DNA from: Archangiaceae bacterium
GTDB taxonomy: Bacteria; Myxococcota; Myxococcia; Myxococcales; Myxococcaceae
NCBI GenBank assembly: GCA_043750125.1
Contig: JAYVCD010000124.1
Span: 1 to 15,515 of the forward strand
Length of the DNA stretch: 15,515 nucleotides
Direction of reading: 5' to 3'
Shown here: one piece after another, positions 9,129 to 15,515 of the stretch
Layout: each line of letters opens with the position of its first letter
How positions within the stretch are numbered: position 1 is the stretch's first letter
The notes under the pieces: generated by a model
The model's database searches: none
The model's input: only the letters and a program-made list of their open reading frames with translations
What the model was told of the DNA's origin: nothing
Translations under genes and position numbers: made by a program

Positions 9129-10587
9129 ATGGCCCTGCTCAACGACCTGTCGATGCTCGAGCTCGGCAAGCGCCTGGCCTCGCGTGAGGTCTCGAGTGTC
9201 GAGGCGACGACCGCCTGTTTGAGCCGGATCGCCGCGGTCGATTCGAAGGTGAAGGCGTTCCTGGTCGTCGATGCCGAAGGGGCACTCGCGGCGGCGCGCC
9301 AGTCCGATGCCCGGCGGGCGGCGGGGGCTCCGGCGTCGCCGCTGGATGGAGTGCCGATCGCCGTCAAGGATCTGTTCTGCACCCCCCACCTGCCGACGAC
9401 CGCGGGCTCGAAGATGCTCGAAGGCTTCATCTCGCCGTACGAGGCGACCGTCGTGGCACGGCTGCGTGAGGCGGGGCTTCCCCTGCTCGGCAAGCTCAAC
9501 CTCGATGAGTTCGCGATGGGCTCGTCGACCGAAAACTCGGCATTTTTTTCCACCCGGAATCCCTACGACCTCGAGCGCAGCCCGGGCGGCTCGTCCGGAG
9601 GGTCCGCCGCTGCCGTCGCTGCGTTCGAAGCCTTCGGCGCCCTGGGAACGGACACCGGGGGTTCGATTCGCCAGCCCGCGGCGATGACGAACGTCGTGGG
9701 CCTCAAGCCGACCTGGGGCCGGGTCTCGCGCCACGGAGTCGTCGCGTTCGCAAGCTCTCTTGATCAGGTCGGGCCGCTGGCTCGGACCGTGGGCGATGCC
9801 GCGGCCCTGCTGCAGGTGATCGCCGGGGCCGACCCCAACGATTCGACCTGCGCGCGGGTGCCGGTTCCCGACTTCTCGTCCCAGCTCGAAGAGGGGGTCC
9901 AGGGCCTGAAGCTCGGAGTGCCGCGAGAATATTTTCAAGCCGGCCTCGAGCCGGACGTCGAAGCGGCGGTGCAGAGCGCGATTGCGACGTATCAGCGGCT
10001 GGGCGCGAAGATTATCGAAGTCTCGCTGCCTCACACCCGGTACGCGCTCGCGACCTACTACCTGCTCGCTTCCGCCGAGGCCTCGAGCAACCTGGGGCGG
10101 TACGACGGGGTGCGCTACGGCCACCGCAGCAAAGACAGCTCTTCGCTGCGGACGATGTACGAGAAGAGCCGCTCTGAAGGCTTTGGCGCGGAAGTCAAAC
10201 GGCGGATCCTGCTCGGGACCTTCGCGCTCGCCTCCGGGTACTACGACGCCTACTACCTGAAGTCAGAAGGTCCGGACGTTGATCTGCCGGGACTTCGAGC
10301 AGGCGTTCGGCCAGGTCGACGCGTTGATCTCGGCCACGTCACCGGTCACAGCCTTCAAGCTCGGCGAGAAATCCGAGCCGCTGCAGATGTACCTGATGGA
10401 CGTCCTGACCCTGCCCGGGTCACTGGCCGGACTGCCCGGAATCTCAGTGCCCTGCGGCTTCACCCCGGCTCGACTGCCGGTCGGCCTTCAGCTGCTCGGC
10501 AAGCCGTTCGAAGAAGCCCGGGTGTTGCAGATCGCCCGAGCCTTCGAGCGCGAGCAGCCTCCGCCCGCAGTCCCGATCAGCGTTTGA
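9129..10587 (+). CDS. gatA: Asp-tRNA(Asn)/Glu-tRNA(Gln) amidotransferase subunit A, with a frameshift near 10263 (sequence error or pseudogene)
   Basis: Amidase signature [87 protein letters not shown]. The conserved C-terminus QKVRTLI.RDF..AF..VD...[45 protein letters not shown] lies in a different frame (track ORF 10279..10587). Confidence 0.93.
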
Positions 10588-10593
10588 ACCCCC

Positions 10594-11367
10594 GTGGCCA
10601 CCGACGACGGCTTTGAAGGGGAACGTCCGGCCGCAGCGGTCCCGCTCGATCCGGAATCGGGCCGGAAGCTGCCGCTGCACGCCTTTGCCATTCTCGAGTC
10701 GGGAGACGCTTTTGAAATGGCCGGGGCGGGCCCTCCGAAAGAGGGTCGGGCCCAGGCCGCCGCCTACTTCGCCGCTAAAATGACGGTGAAGGCCCACGGC
10801 GCGCCCGACGCTCTGGTGAAGGCGGTCAAAGATGAAGTGGTCGCGCAGTTGATGGGGAACTTGCAGCTCATCAAGCGGCTGTCGGCCGCGCGCCCGATCG
10901 AGGTGGATCTCATTCCCCCCGGCAAGGCGATGTCGGCCTTCGGTTTTCCCAAAGGCGCGTCCGCCCGCGCGGCGGGCCTGTTCTGGGACCACCCGTCCTG
11001 GCCTCGGGCGCGAATCGGCCTGCTCCAGAAGTCTCTGCAGACCGAGCGGGCCCTGGTCACCCACGAGATGGCCCACGCGATTGCACGCCTGGCCTTCACT
11101 GCGCTCGAACAGGACACCATTTATCGGTTGATGATTCCCACCTACCGGTACCGCTCGTGGGTTGACGAAGTCTTCGCCATCTACTCCGAGCGCGAATTTC
11201 TGCCCGGCTTCACCGAGCGCGAAGGTCACGCCCCGGGCGTCTATGGCCTCGCCCGCCAGCGCTGGGACGAGCGCCACGTCTTCACCCGCTTCGTCCGCCA
11301 GCTCTACCACCCGCACAAGCCGCTCGCCGGCTCGTCCCCCGGGTCGCCTCGCGGGTTTCTCGGTTGA
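10594..11367 (+). CDS. Hypothetical cytoplasmic protein with a zincin-like HEXXH motif (putative metallopeptidase)
   Basis: 257-aa ORF filling the gap after gatA, with GC-rich third codon positions. Contains [11 protein letters not shown] and downstream [11 protein letters not shown] (candidate third Zn ligand). No signal peptide or TM segment evident. Confidence 0.7.
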   Translation: MATDDGFEGERPAAAVPLDPESGRKLPLHAFAILESGDAFEMAGAGPPKEGRAQAAAYFAAKMTVKAHGAPDALVKAVKDEVVAQLMGNLQLIKRLSAARPIEVDLIPPGKAMSAFGFPKGASARAAGLFWDHPSWPRARIGLLQKSLQTERALVTHEMAHAIARLAFTALEQDTIYRLMIPTYRYRSWVDEVFAIYSEREFLPGFTEREGHAPGVYGLARQRWDERHVFTRFVRQLYHPHKPLAGSSPGSPRGFLG

Positions 11368-11413
11368 CGATTTTCCGCGGTTGACGATTCGGAACAGAAT
11401 CGTCAACTGTGGA
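11361..11413 (+). repeat. Two direct copies of CGGTTGACGATT plus one inverted copy; forms a 17-bp hairpin
   Basis: CGGTTGACGATT at 11361-11372 and 11378-11389. Stem TCCGCGGTTGACGATTC (11374-11390) pairs with GAATCGTCAACTGTGGA (11397-11413) around the loop GGAACA: 15 Watson-Crick pairs plus 2 G-U pairs on the + strand. Confidence 0.85.
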
Positions 11414-12302
11414 GCCCGCCCCGCAACCGGTGTTGAGTGCGGGGGTGCCAGCCCCCACTTCCCATACCGTCGACGCCGGAGGACTCTCGCTTCACGTCCT
11501 TCAGCGCGGTCCCGATTCGGCCTCACTCAACGTCGTCCTGCTGCATGGCTGGCTGGACCACGCTCACGGTTTCGACTGGATGGCCGAGCAGCTGCCGAAG
11601 ACCTGGCGCCTGTTCGCGCTCGACTTCCGCGGTCACGGTCAGAGCGACCCTTTGCCGACCGGCTCGTCCCACCAGCTCACCGACCACGTCGCAGACATCG
11701 AAGCGCTGGTCCGTCATTTTTCGCTCTCGAGCCTGCACCTCGTCGGTCATTCGCTCGGGGGCTCGGTGTCGATTTGTTACGCCGCCGCACGGCCCGAGCG
11801 GATCAAGAGCCTGAGCTTGATCGAGAGCCTCGGCAGCTCAGGCGGCGAGCCGGCCGATTGCGTCGAGCGGATCCGAGACTTCACCCAGGGACTCTTCAAG
11901 CCCGTTCGGCGCCGGGTCTATGCCTCGGTCGAGGAGGCCGCCGCGCGCGTCGCCGAGGCGAACACCTCGTACAGCCCCGCTGCGTCCAGGCAGATGGCAC
12001 AGTTTGGAACGCTCGCCGTCGAAGGAGGCGTCGTCTTTCGTGCCGACCCCCGCCTGAAGCACACCTCGGGCATGACCTTCGACGAAGCCCAGGTGCTCGC
12101 GCTTTGTTCCGCGGTGCAGTGCCCGGTGCAGGTCATTCAGGGATCCCGCGGGATGTTGCTCGACGACGCGGTGATGAAGGGGCGAATGGCCGCGCTGAAG
12201 AACCCTCGGGTGACCCGGGTCGACGGGGGGCATCACGTGCATCTGGATCAGCCGAGCGAAGTTGCGCGGCTGGTCGAGGGTTTCATCGCTGAAGTCGGTT
12301 GA
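11409..12302 (+). CDS. Alpha/beta fold hydrolase
   Basis: VVLLHGWLD oxyanion motif, ALDFRGHGQS, nucleophile elbow LVGHSLGG, QCPVQVIQG, catalytic His in GGHHVHLDQP. Start uncertain (GTG 11409, 11430 or 11445). Confidence 0.92.
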   Translation: MEPAPQPVLSAGVPAPTSHTVDAGGLSLHVLQRGPDSASLNVVLLHGWLDHAHGFDWMAEQLPKTWRLFALDFRGHGQSDPLPTGSSHQLTDHVADIEALVRHFSLSSLHLVGHSLGGSVSICYAAARPERIKSLSLIESLGSSGGEPADCVERIRDFTQGLFKPVRRRVYASVEEAAARVAEANTSYSPAASRQMAQFGTLAVEGGVVFRADPRLKHTSGMTFDEAQVLALCSAVQCPVQVIQGSRGMLLDDAVMKGRMAALKNPRVTRVDGGHHVHLDQPSEVARLVEGFIAEVG

Positions 12303-12326
12303 TGGCGGTGCGCCTGCGGGTACATT
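12299..12326 (+). promoter_or_regulatory. Putative internal sigmaA-type promoter for gatB
   Basis: TTGATG (12299-12304), 16-nt spacer, TACATT (12321-12326), ending 10 nt before the gatB ATG. No SD sequence before the ATG. Confidence 0.4.
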
Positions 12327-12336
12327 CCGCGCCGCG

Positions 12337-13773
12337 ATGGCACTTGGCGACTTTCAGGTTGTAATCGGACTCGAGGTCCACGCCCAGCTGCTCACCCAGA
12401 GCAAGCTGTTCTCGAGCGCGCCCACCCGGTTTGGAGCCGAGCCCAACAGTCAGACCCAGCCATTGTGCCTGGGAATGCCGGGCACTCTGCCGGTCCTCAA
12501 CCAGCGGGTGGTCGAGATGGCGGTGCGCACCGGGCTCGCGCTCGGGTGCCGGATCAACGAAGTCAGCCTCTGGGCCCGAAAGCACTACTTCTACCCAGAC
12601 CTCCCCAAGGGCTACCAGATCACCCAGTTCGAGCAGCCGATCTGCGAATGGGGTGCGCTGGCCTTCGAGCTCGAGGGCATTGAAAAGTCCGTTCGGGTTC
12701 GCCGCATTCACATCGAAGAGGACGCCGGAAAAAGCATCCACGACGCGGGCGGAGGCGTCTCGCTGGTCGACCTGAACCGGGCCGGGACTCCCCTGCTCGA
12801 GATCGTTTCCGAGCCCGACCTGCGCAGCGCCGACGAGGCCGTCGAGTACCTGAAGTCCCTGCGAGAAGTGCTGGTGTACCTCGGGGTGAACGATGGAAAT
12901 CTCGAGGAAGGTTCCTTTCGCTGCGATGCGAATGTGTCGGTGATGCGCAAGAGCGCGCAGGAATTGGGGACCCGCACCGAGCTGAAGAATCTCAATTCAT
13001 TTCGGTTCATCAAGCAGGCGGTCGAGTGGGAGACCGCCCGCCAGGTCGACGTCATCGAAAGCGGCGGCAAGGTTTCGCAAGAGACGCGCCTTTGGGATCC
13101 CGCCCGCAACGAGACCCGCTCGATGCGCTCGAAGGAAGACGCGCACGACTACCGCTATTTCCCCGAACCGGATCTTCCTCCCCTGGCCCTCGAGCCCGGC
13201 TTCGTCGAGCGGCAGCGCGCCACCCTTCCCGAGCTTCCGCGCGCGCGCCGCCGAAGGTTCGTCGAGGCGGTCGGGATCACCGACTCCGACGCCCGGATTT
13301 TGTGCGCCGATAAGCCGCTGGCCGATTTCTTCGAGGCCACGCTTCCCCATGCGCCCGACGCGAAGAAGCTGGCCCACTGGTTCAATGGCGAGCTTCAGCG
13401 GCTCTTCAATGATTCGGGGTCACAGGTGTCGCAGGCGAAGTTCACCCCGGCGCAGCTGGGCGCGCTGCTGACCGCGGTCGAGACCGGGGTCATCTCGGGC
13501 AACGCAGGCAAGGAAGTGCTCGGGGAAGTCTTTCGCACCGGCGCAGACCCAGCCGCGGTGATTGCGCAGAAGGGTCTGGGGCAGGTCAGCGACAGCTTGG
13601 CGATCGAAGCGGCCGTCGACGAGATCCTCGCGCGTCATCCCGAAGAGGCCGCCCAATTCAAAGCCGGCAAGCTGCAGGTGCTCGGCTTCCTCGTCGGCAA
13701 CGTGATGAAGGCGATGAAGGGGAAGGGCAACCCCCGACTCGTCAACGAAGTGTTGAAGAAGAAGCTCAGCTGA
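12337..13773 (+). CDS. gatB: Asp-tRNA(Asn)/Glu-tRNA(Gln) amidotransferase subunit B
   Basis: VIGLEVHAQL, LGMPGTLPVLN, RKHYFYPDLPKGYQITQ, HIEEDAGKS, DLNRAGTPLLEIVSEPD, EEGSFRCDANVS, MRSKEDAHDYRYFPEPDLPP, Yqey-like tail GFLVGNVMKAMKGKGNP. ATG 12337 matches the usual GatB N-terminus. Confidence 0.97.
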   Translation: MALGDFQVVIGLEVHAQLLTQSKLFSSAPTRFGAEPNSQTQPLCLGMPGTLPVLNQRVVEMAVRTGLALGCRINEVSLWARKHYFYPDLPKGYQITQFEQPICEWGALAFELEGIEKSVRVRRIHIEEDAGKSIHDAGGGVSLVDLNRAGTPLLEIVSEPDLRSADEAVEYLKSLREVLVYLGVNDGNLEEGSFRCDANVSVMRKSAQELGTRTELKNLNSFRFIKQAVEWETARQVDVIESGGKVSQETRLWDPARNETRSMRSKEDAHDYRYFPEPDLPPLALEPGFVERQRATLPELPRARRRRFVEAVGITDSDARILCADKPLADFFEATLPHAPDAKKLAHWFNGELQRLFNDSGSQVSQAKFTPAQLGALLTAVETGVISGNAGKEVLGEVFRTGADPAAVIAQKGLGQVSDSLAIEAAVDEILARHPEEAAQFKAGKLQVLGFLVGNVMKAMKGKGNPRLVNEVLKKKLS

Positions 13774-13789
13774 CCTTCGGCGGCCCGCG

Positions 13790-14176
13790 CTACCGCAGCT
13801 TCAGCGCGCTGTAACCCACCAGCGCCCACCCCGCGAGCAGCAGCAGCCCGCCGAACGGGGTGACCGCTCCGAGGGCCCTCAGGTCGGTGAGCGTCATCGC
13901 GTAGAGGCTTCCGGAGAAGAGGACGATTCCTCCCGCGAACAGCCAACCCGCGAGCTTCGGGGCCAGCCCTTCGACGTGCGCCGCCAGCACTGCCGTCAGG
14001 CCGACCGCCAGCGCGTGCACCAGGTGGTACTTCGAGCCCGTTTCCCACCACGCGAGCCGCTGCGCCGCTTCCGGGGCCGTTTCGAGGACTCTCTTGACCG
14101 CGTGCGCTCCGAACGCCCCCAGGGCGACGCTCAGAAAGCCCAGCACACTGGCCAGCACGGTGAGCGCGCGGTTCAT
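13790..14176 (-). CDS. DUF423 family (YgdD/TMEM256) small membrane protein
   Basis: SVALGAFGAH, WETGSKYHLVHAL, GIVLFSGSLY, LGAVTPFGGLLLLAGW. ATG 14176 gives the typical family length (128 aa); a GATAAT -10-like hexamer lies at 14191-14186. Confidence 0.93.
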   Translation of the reverse strand: MNRALTVLASVLGFLSVALGAFGAHAVKRVLETAPEAAQRLAWWETGSKYHLVHALAVGLTAVLAAHVEGLAPKLAGWLFAGGIVLFSGSLYAMTLTDLRALGAVTPFGGLLLLAGWALVGYSALKLR

Positions 14177-14303
14177 AGGCGGGCGATTATCACGCGCTCG
14201 CAAACGGTGCAGGTGATCCACGGTCGAGCGCAGACGCGATGCGATTGGGCTCGGTTGCCCGCGGCCCAGTGGCTGCAGTTTGCTGCCCATTGCTCCATTG
14301 CCC

Positions 14304-14534
14304 GTGTTCAAGGTCGTTCGCCCCCTGCTGGTCCTCGGCCTTGCCGCCGGTGCCGCCGCACTTGCGATCTGGGCGCGACGGAAGGTCGATGGGTTCAGGC
14401 AGGTCGATCAGGCCATTGCGAGCCCAGGTGGGGTGCTCGCCGTTTCGATGGACGAGTTTGCCCCGAGCAGACGTGGAGCTTCAGGCAGCCCGGTTGAGTT
14501 GCGTCGGGCATTGACGAGGGAAGAAGGTCATTGA
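14304..14534 (+). CDS. Possible small single-TM hypothetical protein or gene remnant
   Basis: GTG 14304 (or TTG 14280) opens VFKVVRPLLVLGLAAGAAALAIWARRK..., a hydrophobic helix flanked by basic residues. It fills an otherwise empty gap, and its 3' end overlaps the convergent gene by 7 nt. No recognisable family. Confidence 0.35.
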   Translation: MFKVVRPLLVLGLAAGAAALAIWARRKVDGFRQVDQAIASPGGVLAVSMDEFAPSRRGASGSPVELRRALTREEGH

Positions 14535-15515
14535 TCACAAAACGACAAGTCGATCGAGCGCGTCGGAAACAGCAGCTCCTGACGTGGCTTGAAGATCCAC
14601 GCCGGAAGGTTGTTCTTCAGCGAAACGCCAGAGGCGTTCAGGGCGCGCTCTAGATCTCCCATCAGTTCTTGCTCTCGCTGATGGACGTCGGTCCACGTCG
14701 CCGGCAGTACCGTCCAACCTCGAGCCGCCAATTCGCGCAGTTGCTGCAGTGACAGATCAAACTGTTTTCGCGAGCCGTGAAATTGAATGCCCATCAACTG
14801 CAGTGCAACCCGCTGGGGTTCCCAGACGAAGTCGAGGTTGGTGTGAAATGGAGCGGCCAATGGGTAGTGCACATGCGTTGGCGACAACCAGGCCCGTTCG
14901 AGCGCTTGCTTTGCTCTGACTTCGAGCAGGCTGTCGAGCGCTCCAAACTCGCGCGCCAGCAACAGGTCGCGAAGTGCCTTCCCGCGCAGGCCCACTGCGA
15001 GGTCTCCCCGAAGTCGTGCCGCGAGCCAGGACTGAAGCCCGGGGCGATGTCTGATTGCGGAATCCACCGCTGCTTCGAGGTCCGGCAGAGTCAAGGCCTG
15101 CGCCAGATGCAGCAGTGTTGTTCCCAGCTTCGTGACTCGAATGCCGCGTCGGTCGGTGAGGTCGTCGAGCTCAATGTTTCGGCTGCGGTGAACCCGTACG
15201 TCGACCGCCCGGTGATGACGGGACGCGCGGGTGACAACTTCGAGCTTCGCGTCGTCACGAACCGTGAGATCGAGGCCCCAAAGCCGTGCAGCGCTGCAAT
15301 GAGAAGCGGCTCCGTGGGTCCAAAGCATGGCGCCGTGAAGTCGTTGTTCCCAACCAACGGCAGTCCCTCGCAACCGATAGACGCCGGGCCGAGCCAGTTC
15401 CCATTCACGGCTCTTGAGTCGCCAATCGATCGCACGGCGCGACAGCCCAGACTTCAGCGCTTGAGCGCGAGTTACCAGTCCATGTTGGGCCTCAAACCAA
15501 GCAGACAAGTTGTCC
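14528..15515 (-). CDS. AbiEi-like N-terminal wHTH domain plus DUF559/Vsr-like PD-(D/E)xK fold protein, probably 5'-partial
   Basis: QHGLVTRAQAL..GLSRRAI..RL....W....PGVY (AbiEi_4-like); ASHCSAARLWGL..LEVVT..VRVHR..GIRVT..TLLHLA (AbiEi-like middle region); DSLLE..DFVW..RVAL..G..FH..L..RGWTVL..TW (DUF559-like). The frame stays open to the window edge (xxG GAC AAC TTG), so the true start may be an ATG straddling 15515. Confidence 0.82.
   Translation of the reverse strand, partial: DNLSAWFEAQHGLVTRAQALKSGLSRRAIDWRLKSREWELARPGVYRLRGTAVGWEQRLHGAMLWTHGAASHCSAARLWGLDLTVRDDAKLEVVTRASRHHRAVDVRVHRSRNIELDDLTDRRGIRVTKLGTTLLHLAQALTLPDLEAAVDSAIRHRPGLQSWLAARLRGDLAVGLRGKALRDLLLAREFGALDSLLEVRAKQALERAWLSPTHVHYPLAAPFHTNLDFVWEPQRVALQLMGIQFHGSRKQFDLSLQQLRELAARGWTVLPATWTDVHQREQELMGDLERALNASGVSLKNNLPAWIFKPRQELLFPTRSIDLSFCDQ

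Noticed and set aside
10257..10270. Programmed +1 frameshift in gatA at AAG UCA
   Set aside because: tRNA-Lys could not re-pair on AGU, the product would lack the conserved Ala, and I know of no precedent in gatA. A simple 2-nt deletion explains it better.
11374..11413. Hairpin as a Rho-independent terminator or CRISPR repeat
   Set aside because: No U-tract 3' of the stem on either strand; only two 12-nt direct copies 5 nt apart, with no spacer-sized units or cas genes.
11162..12292. 376-aa ORF spanning the HEXXH gene end, the hairpin and the hydrolase
   Set aside because: Arg/Pro-rich off-frame translation overlapping two better-supported genes.
1964..13727. KOPS-like GGGNAGGG octamers near ftsK
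   Set aside because: The few I spotted occur on both strands (about three + and two -), as expected in GC-rich DNA. There is no clear skew, and the KOPS motif for this lineage is unknown to me.
14270..14284. Sigma54-like TGGC...TTGC motif upstream of the small ORF
   Set aside because: GG-to-GC spacing is one base shorter than the strict -24/-12 requirement.
14528..15515. Complete type IV AbiE toxin-antitoxin system or IS element
   Set aside because: No AbiEii nucleotidyltransferase, transposase or terminal repeats are visible in the window. Sequence upstream of 15515 cannot be assessed.

Overview
High-GC window that looks like a core chromosomal region of a myxobacterium (Myxococcota-like, inferred from the MJ0042-type zinc-ribbon/GYF/TPR membrane protein and DAG-repeat linkers). 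Gene order: 5' part of a THUMP-domain RlmL-like RNA methyltransferase (-, absent from the ORF track); a cytoplasmic PAS-PAS hybrid histidine kinase (+); DUF3014 protein (-); a frameshifted DUF1570-like zincin/TPR gene (-); ftsK (-); then divergently a zinc-ribbon/GYF-like/TM/TPR protein, gatC, gatA (frameshifted near 10263), an unknown HEXXH protein, an alpha/beta hydrolase and gatB (+); a DUF423 membrane protein (-); a possible small membrane ORF (+); and an AbiEi-like/DUF559-like protein with a degenerate nuclease site (-, probably starting just outside the window). No tRNA, rRNA, CRISPR array or transposase was seen. I found no clearly novel multi-gene system. The best leads are a triple-repeat/17-bp hairpin at 11361-11413, the two hydrolase-type genes inside gatCAB, the unusual FtsK with its divergent ZnR-GYF-TPR neighbour, and the apparently nuclease-dead AbiEi/DUF559-like protein with a QxxLF tail. 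The two frameshifts may be sequencing errors. All family assignments come from motif recognition by eye, not database searches.
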